From: the human T2T-CHM13v2.0 reference genome, Homo sapiens
Direction: 5' to 3' (one strand)
DNA: 64,000 nucleotides
Assembly: GCF_009914755.1 (NCBI RefSeq)
Contig: NC_060928.1
Numbering within the stretch: position 1 is the first letter of the stretch; every line of letters begins with the position of its first letter. This document shows, piece by piece, positions 1 through 23,310 of this stretch. The notes under the pieces are model-generated. The model ran no database searches. It was not told where the DNA came from and saw nothing but the letters and a program-made list of their open reading frames with translations. The position numbers were made by a program, and so were the translations under genes.

Positions 1-551
1 CCAAGCTTATAAAGGCAAGTGATTGTGTAATCACAAACTCATTATTGTTAGGCAGTGAAGTAAATTCATTGGTTGATTGGGCTTTCTGTTTACAAGTTTG
101 TATTTGCATAAGTGGACTTACGTTTCTGCTTATATTTTGCCATGGTTAAAATCAAAAGAAACATAGCCTAGAAGCATTTTGATGCCTTAGGATAAAGCAG
201 GCTAAGATTAAGTTAAATTTTAAAACATTATTCATGTACCTGTTGTTACAGAGAGCCCACTTTACAGTTGCAAATAAAGTTAAAACATTTTCATTCATTT
301 AACTTACTTGAATTACAATGGTAGAGATGTCCTCATTTGAAACAAGAAAGGAAAATAATCATGTTTTTTATATTGCAGTCGGAAATAATGCTAACAAGAA
401 AAAAATTATGGCTGTAAATACTGAAAGAAAAATTTACATTTAGAAATTAATAAAGGTACAAAAATGTTGAAAATTTAATTAACTAAAAATAATCCCTTCC
501 TTAATAAATACTATTTTGAAGTCCTAAAAACTTTGTAAATATAGTAGATCA

Positions 552-895
<344 letters not shown>

Positions 896-1459
896 AAAAT
901 TACTAGTAAATGGGCAATTAATCTACCAATCTGAATAATGGTGGTGTGCCAGGGTCTTATTACATGAATTTTTCAGTGAGGCCACGTTATTATAATAACT
1001 TGAGAGTAAGGGGTTAATTAGAATGTATTGATGAATAAACATAATTAACAGATTTTATATATATGTACTTAATATTGTATCTATGTTTTCATGTATCTTT
1101 AATTTTGTTACAGAATATTATAACTTGCCAAAGACACTGGCTCTAGTACAGTGTATACCATTTTATTAGTTTTATTAAATTGTAAATGCTACGGTCCAGA
1201 TTTTATATTCAGAATGCTCATTTACATATTCTGCCTGGACCAAGTAATTTGGAGCCCAGGTCAACCAAATGTTATTTTACATTGTTTGCACAAAAATCAA
1301 ATTGATTTCTATACTTAACAATTCAGAATCTCATTAAGTCAAATTAATATGGTTTAAGAAAGTGTACTTTATTTCATGCTAAGATGTCATTTTGGCCTTA
1401 ATAAGGCTTTTGGCATGTAATGAAGCATGCACAAATCTTTGAGATAAAAATAGAGCATT

Positions 1460-1735
1460 TTTCCACACAAAAACATATATATACACAAATGTTCAGAGTA
1501 GGGCTATTCTACTTTTTAGTAGAAACAACTCAAATGTCCATCAGCTGATGAATGGATAAAGAAGATGTGATATATGTGTATAATGGAATATTATTATTAT
1601 TATAAGGAACAAAGTACTAATACATGTTACAAAATGTATCTTGAAGCCTTAAAACATTCTGTCAAGTGAAAGAGCCAGACACAAAAGGCCACATACTGTT
1701 TGATTCTGTTTATGTGAAATGACCACAATAGTGCA
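1460..1735 (+). mobile_element. Old L1 3' end fragment (L1M)
   Basis: Resembles the L1 3' region: 'caaatgtccatcagctgatgaatggataaa', 'agtgaaagagccagacacaaaaggccacatactg'. Confidence 0.75.
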
Positions 1736-2753
1736 TTCTGTCTTCCAAAAAGCTGGTTTACTTACAAACACAGGTTAAAAAAATATATATTTGTAATACT
1801 GCTTTTGGTGTAGGGTGAGGCACGATAAAGAGACTTTCATTCGGTTTGTCAATCAGTGATACTTAGGTCTGAATAGGCAAGTGGGAGTCTTTCAGGTTTA
1901 GGACAAAGAATGTTAATGTAGTAGAGATCTGTTGATAGAGTCACTCCTAGTTTTCTATTTATTTAAAAAACATCGAATTACTATTAGGTGCTAGACACTG
2001 AAGATACATAAAAGACACAGATGTCATCTATAAGAAAGTCTCTTGAGGAGACCAGTAAGCATCAGACAACATCATAGAGTGGGTTCAGTGACATAAATGT
2101 GTGCACAGAGCACTATTAATGTACTGAACTCAGCTGGCGGTGGTCAGGGAAAGTTTCTCTGAGGAAGAGAGTTGTATTAAAACAAATGAAAAAAAGGGAG
2201 CAAGGCAAAGTTGGAAAAAAATTGTGAGGGAGGCTCCTAGGCAGAGGAAACAGCATGCAAAGTCTCAGAGATGACTTGATAAGTTTTTAAAACTAGAAAA
2301 ACTTTGGCTGCAGTATTGCGAGGTTGAGGTGGCGGGGGGAGCGGCAAGGAGAGAATGAGAAGACAGAAAAGATGAGGAGACAAGATAGATTTGAAAGACA
2401 TGACTGGAGATCTTGAGGGCCTTTTATTTTGAAGGGGATGGGATAGAATGGAGAAATTGAATTTTTAACAAAAATGGCCTGATCAGATTTGATGGCAAAA
2501 AGGTAACTGTGATAGCAATGTTGAAGCATGTGCCCAAAGTATGTATTGGGATGGAGACTAGAGGCAAGAAAAACAGGATGTTAATGAAATAATCCTGAAG
2601 AAATGGGAGAAAGATCTGAAATAGTTGCACTAATAAGAGAGAGTACAGGAAGTAAACTTAGTTTATTTACTGGGTCAAGCTTGCCTAAAAAATATTTGGG
2701 GGCGGGGGGAATTCTCCCTCCAGTTACCTTTATTAGAATGTTACAATAAAATC

Positions 2754-3043
2754 AAGCCAGGCACAGTGGCTTATGCCTGTAATTCCAGCACTTTGGGAGG
2801 CCAAAGCAGGAGGATTGCTTGAGTCCAAGAGTTTGAGATCAGCCTGTGCAACATGATGAAACTGTGTCTCTACAAAAAAATTAGGCATAGTGGCATGTGC
2901 CTGTGGTCCCAGCTGCTCTGGAAGCTGAGGTGGGAGGATCCCTTGAGCCCAGAAGGTCAAGGTTGCAGTGAGCCATGTTGCAGCAGTGCACTCTAGCCTA
3001 GGTGACAGAGTGAGACCCTGTCTCTCAAAAAAAAAAAAAAAAA
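2754..3043 (+). mobile_element. Alu (AluJ-like)
   Basis: Alu consensus with A tail. Confidence 0.9.
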
Positions 3044-4494
3044 GTTTATAGAAAAACAAAATATGATATTCTAATAAAATAACTTGAAACAATAGTATGA
3101 ACTTCCTATGTTTTTAGCTCTTAAAGAACTACGAAACTAAAGTTTACATAACATTGGAAACATGTGCTACATGTTTTTTTTTTTTGCAAATCAAATCTCC
3201 TCTTGAAACTCAAATGTAGGACTAACTGCCACAATTTCATTTCTTTTAAATTTGGCCATGTCTGTACTAACTGCTGTGATCCATGTCTCAGTTCTCTTAC
3301 CACTTTACTAGAACCTTTGGGAGACTTTTGTTCATTCTTTGACTGATATCATTTGGCTTTCAAGTGGCCAGAAAAAAGAATTCATTATCTATTTCTGTTC
3401 CATCTGCCTCAGACAAAATACTATTATGTGTTGCCAACAAGATCATAAACCTAAATAAAACACAGGTTCTAAAATCACATGGCAGTACTTAGTATAAGTG
3501 GGTATCAAGGTGACTGGGACTGTGCTTACAGTAATTATAGATTACTAAAATCACAAAATGGAAAAAAGTTCATGTAGAGAATTCAAAGAATTTAGTTTGA
3601 TGTAGATAGAGATTATAACAATCCTTTTGTCACATACCTAAAGTGGAATTTGTTGAGTTTGACCTTGTGACTTTTGAGTCAAGAAATGCTAGGCAGGTAG
3701 AACAGATAAATTAATAAACCTGATTCTGAAATGGAAGTAAAAGGGCTTTAAAGATGTTAGAAGCATTTTAAGATTCATTCTCATTCTGGATCTCAGGACA
3801 TAATTTCTTATAGAAAAGTAGTTGTGCCTGCAGATCAATCCACAAAAGGCTTTAAAACCCACCCTCCCTGTATATATTACACCTATGAGAAAATGCTCCA
3901 TAGAATTCCAAATTGATAACAGGAGGACCGACCTACCCCTCTGCCCGCCAGAATTCCCGTGGCTCAGGGCAAGTACTGAAGCCGAATAGGAAGAATTGAC
4001 TGAGGGTAAATCATGTTGAGTGGTTGGTTGAAAGCTTTGAAAAGTTGGAGAATGGTGGTTAAGAAATCTGTACATTCAGACTTCTTGAATGTCACTGTAT
4101 GTTTTGGGTTAGTGCTGGGATACTTTTCTTTTTTAGTGCCAGATCCATTAATTTACATTCCTCTCCACTGCCATTATCAATTGCTTCCTAACAGAAACCA
4201 GTAAGCTTTCTTTTTCCCCCTTTTCTACAGAGAAGAGCAGTTTCACAAGATTCAACTTTTCTTATACTTTTGTTCCTAAAACAGATACACACTCTGTTAA
4301 GTTTTCATAAGGGTTTTTATTTCTGCAAGTATGACTTTAGTGTTTATATATGATTATAAGCAGGCAGCTAGCAGGGAAACCATGGGTAAAGGATTAAAAA
4401 ACTCTCATTTGATCCTGGTTTCCCTCCTACCACCACTTCAGCCCCCAATCCCTGCCTAACAAATTAGACCCAATAGAAAAAGTCACAAGATTGA

Positions 4495-4980
<486 letters not shown>

Positions 4981-5177
4981 AACTTGCCCACACAGATTCT
5001 TTCCCCTTTTCCATCCATCTCCAATCCCCACTCTCTCAGGATACCCTGATGGCTCTGTGGGTATCCTTAGTGTTCACTTATCACAGTCTACAGAACCACC
5101 AGTCTAATGAATATAAAATATTTTAAATTATAATGAAGAAGCCTCATTATGAGTAATAGTAACATGTGAAGCAAATA

Positions 5178-5481
5178 CAATCAGCCCTCCAGATCTGTGA
5201 GTTCCACATCCATGGATTCAACCAACCACGGATCCAAAATACACATTTTTAATTGCATATTTTCTGAACATACATACTTTTTTCTTGTTACTGTTCCCTA
5301 GACAATACAGTATATTTACAGTGTTTACATTGTACTAAGTATTATAAGCAATCTAAGGAGGATGTGTATAAGTTATATGCAAATATTATGGCATTTTATA
5401 TCATGGATTTAAGCATCCTTGGATTTTGGTATCTGAGAGTGGTTCTGGAAACAATCCCTCATGGATACTGGAGGATGACTA
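5178..5481. mobile_element. Tigger3a/MER7-like DNA transposon fossil
   Basis: Recognisable ends 'cagccctcc...catccatggattcaaccaacc' and 'aatccctcatggatactggaggatgact'. Confidence 0.7.
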
Positions 5482-5729
5482 TAATATGAAGTATATTAGA
5501 GATAAACATATAAAGACAGGCACTCAGAGGAGTGGCTTACCAGCAGACATGTAATAAAAACATGAGAATTTCAGTTGCCTGACATCTCTGTAAGCCAGAG
5601 ATATGTGCTTTTTGGCTGCCCAAAGAAACTATTTCAGTTTAACCCTGAAAGAAAGGAACTATGTTGTCTAGCATAAAGCAGTTACCTCTTCCTCATCTCT
5701 ACCAGTTAGACCACAGCTACATTGTTATG

Positions 5730-6890
<1,161 letters not shown>

Positions 6891-7070
6891 TCCTTTTGTC
6901 AGTATTTATTTATAGGTGACACATATGGGAGTGGCCTTAAATGTTTTTTAACTAATAAAGTCATAACAAGGTAACATATACCTGGAGGAATATGAAAAAG
7001 CATGACAAACTTTACTTTGCGAGATAGCAAAATTTAAGATTTCACTATATAAATCTGAGTACTAGGTCAA

Positions 7071-7131
7071 TTTTTTTTGTGGGTTTTTGGGTGAAACCTG
7101 CTAGACAGATTCTAAAAGAGCAGTCACACTA
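7071..7131 (-). pseudogene. U7 snRNA retrocopy
   Basis: Minus strand reads tagtgtgactgctcttttagaatctgtctagcaggttt..., versus U7 cagtgttacagctcttttagaatttgtctagtaggcttt; followed by an A tail with approximate TSD aaaaaat(a/t)gac. Confidence 0.85.
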
Positions 7132-7218
7132 TGTCTATTTTTTAAATTATTAGCTAGCAGAACCACCTCAACTCATATTGACTAGTCCCTAAGTCACTTC
7201 CACAATTAAGAGTATAGG

Positions 7219-8520
<1,302 letters not shown>

Positions 8521-9310
8521 GATGACATGACCCTTCAAGTTGACTGACTTCTGTCAGTAATGAATAATCGAGGCATCAGTTAGATGGAGAGTTTACCTTT
8601 GTGAAACACTTAACTCTCAAAAAGAAATATTTTTGTTACAGAATAAAGCTTGTAACACCTAGTTTTCTTGGTGTTCAATGTTTTCCTTACTTCCAAATTC
8701 TCTAAGGTAGAGAAAGGTAAAGTCTGACTACTGGATAAGGGGGGATACTAATACAGTAGTTCTGTGGTCTCAAGTAAAAGCGTAAAATATTACATTTGAA
8801 GTAGAACTAGAAAGGATGCTAAACAAAACTGTGCTGGGCAAAAAAAAAAAAAAAAAAAAAAAAGAGGAAAAGGAAAGGCAAATAGCTCTATCTAACCAAA
8901 ATTCTATTCATGTGAGGGAGCAAAAGATGATACAAGAGGAGAGTTTCTTCTGACCCCCAAATCAGCTTTTTAATGGATGAAGCTCTTTTTGTCCAGAGTT
9001 ACTGAAGCTTCTGGATGTTGTTAGGAATTTAAGTTCCCAGACAGATTCAGTAAAATACTATAGCAGTCCAGAGAAAACCAAATAAACTTGCAGGGAGAGG
9101 GAGGGAAGGGAAATTCTAAGTATACAAGATAAATCTACAGCTAAGGTTGAATGGCTGTTACAATTAAATTTTTTTAAAACTAGGAGAAACTGACTAAGGA
9201 TTTCAAATGGAATAGAAACTGTCTTACACTTTAGGGTCTAAATGAAAGGCATATACATTTAAAATGTAAAAGAAAGAAATATATCATATGACTTTCTTCT
9301 TCTTTCTTAC

Positions 9311-9603
9311 TTTTTTGAGACAGGGTCTCACTCTGTCACCTAGGCTGGAATGCAATGGCGCCATCATGGCTCACTACAGCCTCAACCTCACAGGCTCAAG
9401 TGATCCTCCCACCTCAGCCACCACCACCAAAGAGCTAGGACTACAGCCGCTTGCCGCCACACCCAGCTAATTTTTTTTATCTTTTGTAGAAACAGGGTTT
9501 CACCATATTGCCCAGGCTTGTCTTGAACTCCTGGGATCAAGCAACCTGCCCGCCTCGGCTTCCCAAAGTGCCATGATTACAGTGTGAGCTACTGCACCCG
9601 GCC
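9311..9603 (-). mobile_element. Alu (AluJ-like)
   Basis: Antisense Alu consensus. Confidence 0.9.
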
Positions 9604-9699
9604 TCATATGATTTTGAATAAGGCATTTGCTTTATGCTTTACAAGGTACTAGTAGTAAAAACTGTTTAAAGTGATGTACATAAAGAACAGTTCAGACAC

Positions 9700-11102
<1,403 letters not shown>

Positions 11103-12275
11103 CTAACAAATAATCTTTAAACCAGTCAATGCCCTATGTAACTTGTTTACCAATAAATTGGACAGAACAGATGGAACTTTAGTGGATACAGGTGGTTTAT
11201 TTTTAAATGAGGAGGGAATACAAATTCCCCAGGAGATAACCTCTTTCTCTAAGAACATAAAGTTTTATGTAGGAGACAGAACATTCTCATATGAAAAATA
11301 CCTAAGAATATATGAAACTAATATATGTAATAGGAAGCTATTACATATATTAATGGTAACTTAGTTGTTCAGTTTTTAGTTACTGCTGAACATCTTGACT
11401 ATTTAAATAAATCACTATTTTTTCCCTAACCTTGTCCAGATTTCTAAAACTCAGTTACTCTCCTAACCAGTCTACTTAAGTGAATATATTTTTCCAGTCA
11501 TCAAGACTAAGATTCAGTATAATGGAGTCATCTTTGTCTTTCACCCTTCCCTTTCCTTATGAGTGTCCATTTCTACTTATTTAGGCCTTCAATGCATATT
11601 ACACCTTAAATTGTATAACAGTTTATACATTTTAAAAGATTTTCATCATTATGTAATCCCTCTGAGTTAAGCAGAAGTGATTAACATTTCATCACTCAAG
11701 TATTTATTGAGGGCCTACAAGGTCACTACAAGGTGAGTGACATATAAATAAGGATGCAGAATCAGGCAGGTCAAATGACTTGCCCAAGGTGACAGGATCA
11801 GTGATTATTACCAGTCTTATGATTCTAATATCAGCATTCTTTTCATTACACTATGATGCCTCTCAACTCATATTTGGTCCATTACTATAAATTCATAGTG
11901 GGCTTCTCTGCCTCTACTTTTCCTTCTCCAGACTATCTTGCACATCACCATTAAATTAAACACAGCTTTCATTATAATGTAGCACAATAAAGAACTTTTC
12001 AATGGTTTCCTATTGTATAGAGGAGAAAAACTTTATCTCTACTTTTTACAGGATATCTCTATTAAACTGTGATCCTCATATTCTTTTGAACATACTTTTA
12101 CTTTTCTAAGAGTATGCCTTTGCTTTTAGCAGTTTAACCTTCTTTGAGTTTCAAGTCCCTAAGTAATAGTTATTACCGTAGATCTAGATATTTATGTACC
12201 AAGCATTATCTATAGACTACATATATGCACAACTACCTTGTGTATTTTGACTGAGGGAGTAAAGTTTTGATACTA

Positions 12276-12596
<321 letters not shown>

Positions 12597-12709
12597 CCTC
12601 GAGTTTCACTTCTGATAATTAAGAACTCAGTGGTTTTGATCATACTTCTGCTGTGAACAATTAAAAAAGCTAGACCAAAACCAAACAAACACCCCTGTTT
12701 AAAGGCACT

Positions 12710-13615
<906 letters not shown>

Positions 13616-14729
13616 GATATCCTAACATATTTCTGGCCATTGGACCCCTAGAAACCTGTGGCAAGAGTCCTGGAAGTTTTTCAAGGTTCATCTTGCACCT
13701 TCTAGCATGCATATGTCGTACCAAAGCATGTAGAATGCTGCCTACTTCTGCTCTTCAGTTTCATTTAATATAATTTCATTACTCTGATAAATCAGTGTGA
13801 TGTTCTATGGAATAACAAAAGACCGTCAAGGTCCCTTCATACCATATAGAGAACAGGAGAGTTGATGTAGCCTGAGACAAGACAGTAAGGACTTACTGTT
13901 ATCCCTCCTATTTAAACGTAGTCTGTTTCTGATTCTCCTTAGAATGGGGGTGGGGGGACATTTCCAGATCAATATCAGATCAGTATCATGTCAACATGGG
14001 TATTAATTTCTTCCGAAGAAGATACCACACCTAGAACAGCAACCATAATTGGCATCCCTACCTAATTAAAGTTTGCAGTCCACTGTCATTCTTCACTAGC
14101 CATCTGGTTTTTATATTGTCATTCTCTATGATGCATCTGGTGGCCACAGGAAATTTAAATGGGAATGTGGTATGAATCACCATGGCAGCATGGTGGCACT
14201 AATCTCTGCAATTCTTTTGGTTTTTCTATTTTGCTTTTTTATGTTTTGTAGAAATGCAGTCTTGCCATGTTATATAGGCTGGTCTCAAACTCCTGGTGTC
14301 AAGCAATCCTCCTGCCTTGGTCCCCCTAAGTGCTGGGGTTACAGGCATGAGCCACTGTGCCTGGCCAATCTCTGCAATTTCCTCAGGGATATAGCCCTGC
14401 TTTTCCTTTACTATCTTAATGAGGAGTGGTAGAAAGCAGACCTAAGCTGCTGTGTAGCACTTTCTACCATAATAGCAATCCCTCCATTGATCAGGAAACC
14501 AAAATAAAGATTGTTGTTAAAAGATACATATTACCACTACACATCTGGGACTGGAGAAATAGCCACAGTATGGGTCCTTCTGGATCTACTGTTAGCCACA
14601 GCCAGGCCAAGATTCCATCACTTGACTTCCTTAGGTTCCCTATTCTGACCAGTTGTCCAGGGTAGAGTTTTGGGTTTCTAGTATTAGTACAAGTTAAGAG
14701 ACAGTGCCTTAAGAATTCTAGCCAGCCTG

Positions 14730-15252
<523 letters not shown>

Positions 15253-15289
15253 CTAGTGAATGGTCACTGGTCCCTATGGAAAAGGCTTA

Positions 15290-15460
15290 GGGCAATGATT
15301 CCCCCAACATATCTGCTCACTGGAAGTATCTGGGGAACTTGAAAAAATACTGATGCCTGGGTCTTCCCTGAGATTACTATTTAATTAGTTTGGGTTGTGG
15401 CCTGGGCTTTAGAATCCTAAGGTGTTCTAATGTACAGACAAGTTTGAGAACCCCACTGGA
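15290..15460. mobile_element. MER5-family hAT-Charlie MITE
   Basis: 'aaaatactgatgcctgggtc' and 'ttctaatgtacagacaagtttgagaacc'. Confidence 0.7.
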
Positions 15461-15766
15461 TTAGGGAACAATTCGTTGTATACAGCTGTGATTGCATTGC
15501 CCCTTTCGTCAAAGGATCCAGTCTCTTTCCATCAGTGAAGGAGTACCAAGTCTGGGAGCTAGATGAGATGCTTCAAATTTTACTACAAAACCACAAGAAT
15601 TTTTCCACCTATATATGTCAAGCAGCACCTTGGTAGGTTACTTTATTATATTTCCAGGGACCTCATGATCATTTAGCCATTATCACTTTTCCCTGTGGGT
15701 CAAACTACTCTGGTTAACGTTCTCTCCTTTGACTTATTTTGGTAATTGTGCCTACTTTGTCTCTGA

Positions 15767-17923
<2,157 letters not shown>

Positions 17924-17927
17924 TTAA

Positions 17928-19357
<1,430 letters not shown>

Positions 19358-19399
19358 GGAAATATACTGGTAAAATGTATTACATTAATAATTTTGTTT

Positions 19400-21062
19400 A
19401 TCAAGGCACCATTACAAAAAGACTAACCACAATGTAAGAAAAGATACTGGCCACACATATATTTGACCAAGAACTCATATCCAGAATATATAAATGATTC
19501 CTAAAAATCAGTAAGAAAAAGAATGACAACCCAACAGAAATATGGGCAAGTGACTTTAACAGGCACTACAGAAAAGATCTCCAAAATGTCTCTGAAGGCC
19601 ATTTTTGTCAAAAACAAAAACATCTCCAAATGTTAAGTACCATAAAATGGTGCTCAACTTCAATGGTCATCAAGTAAAAGGTTAATGTCAAAATGAGATA
19701 CCACTACATTCGCATCAGAATGACCAAATTAAAAAGATTGACAATACCACGTGTTGACCACAGTGTGGAGAAAGTGAAACTTTGTCACACTGTTGTGGAG
19801 CAGTGACAGGGGACGGGGGACAGGGATTGGGTAAAGTTTCCATAAACTTGGAAAACTGTCATTCTTTACAAAATTTGAAAATACATCAATGACTAAGCAA
19901 CTTTAATCCTAAGTATATACTCAACAGAAATGTCTTCACTTGCATGTGAAGAGACATACAGAAGAATGCACCATAATTGGTTAATAGCTTTAAAGTGGAA
20001 ACAGCCCACTGAAATATCAACAATAAAATGGATAAATATATTTTATCCATTTAATAGAATATAGAAGTGAATATGAACAAACGATAAACACCACAGATCA
20101 TTTTCAGAAATATAATGGTGAAAATATACATTACATAATTTCATTCATGTAAGACTCAAAACTAGGCAAAAATGATGTATGGTTAGAAATCAGAAGAGTG
20201 GTTACATTTGGGGAACAGTGACAGGATAGTTACTGGGAGCTCTCATAAGAAGGTTTCTATTTCCTGGGTGCTGGATACAGGGACACTCTGTGATAAATCA
20301 CTCATTTTTGCATATATCTATATTTCAATTTTTTAAAAGGGTGGTCCTTAAAAGATTATGATTTAGGGTTTACCACCTTGCCCCTCTCCATCAATTCAAA
20401 TATTTCTTCCAGTTCAGATCCCACACCTTACATGAAGCCTTTCCCAACCATTTCAGCCAGAAGGAATTTCTCTTTCTTCCTGGTTTTTATGCCATGTTCT
20501 CTGGGAGGTAGTGTAATATAGTGGAAATAGTATAGGCTAAGGAACTTGGACTTTAATCTGTGTGGCAATAAAGAGCAGAAGAGTGACTCGGTCAGACTTG
20601 TATCTACCTACCACAAATTTAACCGATTTTACTTATATTTCTCTGTGAACAAATATGAAAATTTATACACATATATTAAATATAAATATATAGCTTTTAT
20701 ACCACGGAATACTACTCAGCCATAAAAAGAAATGAAATAATGGCATTCACAGCAACTTGGATGGAGTTGGAGACCATTATTCTAAGTGAAGTAACTCAGG
20801 AATGGAAAACCAAACATCATTATGTTCTCACTTATAAGTGGGAGCTAAGCTATGAAGATGCAAAGGCTTAAGAATGATACAGTGGACTTGGGAACTTTGT
20901 TGGGGGCGGGTGAGAGGGGGGTGAGGGATAAAAGACTACGCATTGGCTACAGTGTACATTGCTCAGGTGACAGGTGCACCAGAATCTCAGAAATCATCAC
21001 TAAAGAACTTATCCATGTAACCAAAACCCACCTGTTCCCCACAAACTATTGAAATAAAAATT
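19400..21062 (+). mobile_element. L1 3' fragments (old L1M ~19400-20330; younger L1PB/MA-like 3' end ~20700-21062)
   Basis: L1 3' motifs such as 'ggaatactactcagccataaaaagaaatgaaataatggc'; terminal aataaa. Confidence 0.8.
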
Positions 21063-21495
21063 TAAGAATACATAAAATGTGTAATTTGTGAGATTGTTAC
21101 AATATTTGCCCTCAATAAATCATGCCTACTTTGTTCATGCATCTTTGCAATGTGCTTTTGCCACTTTTCCCATCAAAGGCTTTATTTCCTTACCCCTTGA
21201 ATCTAGCTATCTTTGTGACTTGCTTTGACCACAGAATGCAAATAGATGTGACTTTGTACAACTTCTTAGACTAGGTCTAGAGAAGCTTCACAGCTTTTTT
21301 CACCGTTTGGAACACTGCACTGAGACCACTATGTTATAAATCTGGGAGTGAAAGACAGTGTAAAGGCAGCCACAGGAGTGAACACAGGGGAGACTAACAG
21401 AACTTTCTGGCCAAATCACAGTGTGGTGAGAGAGAATAAATCATGTTGTTTTAAGCCACTGTTTTGGAATGCATGTGTAATGCAGAAGTAGATAA

Positions 21496-21938
<443 letters not shown>

Positions 21939-23006
21939 AGAACCCCCATATGTTAGCTGGGTACATTGCTACATGGATAGTGACTATAATTTCCTAACTC
22001 TCTTGAAAGTTTGGCCATGTAACTAGGTTTTGGCCCATGGGTCGTAAGTGGAAATGGTGGCTCCAACTTCTATGATACGCCCTTAGAAAGAAGAGGTATA
22101 CTCTTTTACTATTTCCTGTTCTCAAATGTATCATGGCAGGAGCTGGAACTACCACCTTAGGCCATGAAATAGAAGCCACATATTCACATATTGAGTAGAT
22201 CAGATTAAAAAGCTAAAAGTAGCTTGAGTACCTAATATCCAGAGCTGCTCTATCAGTCCTGAACCGATTATCCTTGGACTATGAGAGAAAAAGAAATTTA
22301 CATCTTATGTCATTACTATTTTGACCTGAGAGCAAGCAAACCTATAATCCCAAGTAATATGTGTTTTTCACATTCCCTCGTATATATATGTTCATGTATA
22401 TATATACATTTACAAATATAAATATCCATATGTGCACACACAAATATGTAAACATCTCTATAGGTATTGGTGTATTTTGTTTTACAGATTGAGATCCTGC
22501 ACTTTTCTCCATCTTTTTCTCATTTAGCAATATCTGGAAATGACAACTCATACAACTTGAATTCATTCCTTTTGATAGCTGTATAATATTTTATAGGATG
22601 CAGGAGTTGTAATTCATTCTGCTGTTTTCCTACTGATTAGCTTTCATTTTGTTACCCTTTTTTCCACTATGAATATTTTTGTGAATAGAACCTTATGTAT
22701 TTCTATAGAACAGATTCCCAAGAATGGTACAGCAAGGACAAAAGATATCTGTAGCTTAAAAAATTTTAATACAGGTTGTCAGACTGTTTTACGAATAAGT
22801 TGAAAAATTTCACATTTATGCCAGCTATCTATAACAATACCCTTTTACTTGGACCCCTCACCAGCCATAGTTGCTATTGGTCATTTAACATTTTTCCCAG
22901 TCTGAAAAGATGTTTCACCTCACTTGTGACAAGAGAAATGCATAGTAAAATTTTACTGAGATTAAACATTTCTGCTTATTAGTCCCAAATCCAACAGTTT
23001 GAATAA

Positions 23007-23310
<304 letters not shown>

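Noticed and set aside
8840-8863. Isolated A24 tract
   Set aside because: No recognisable upstream element, nearby poly(A) signal or TSD; treated as a simple homopolymer.
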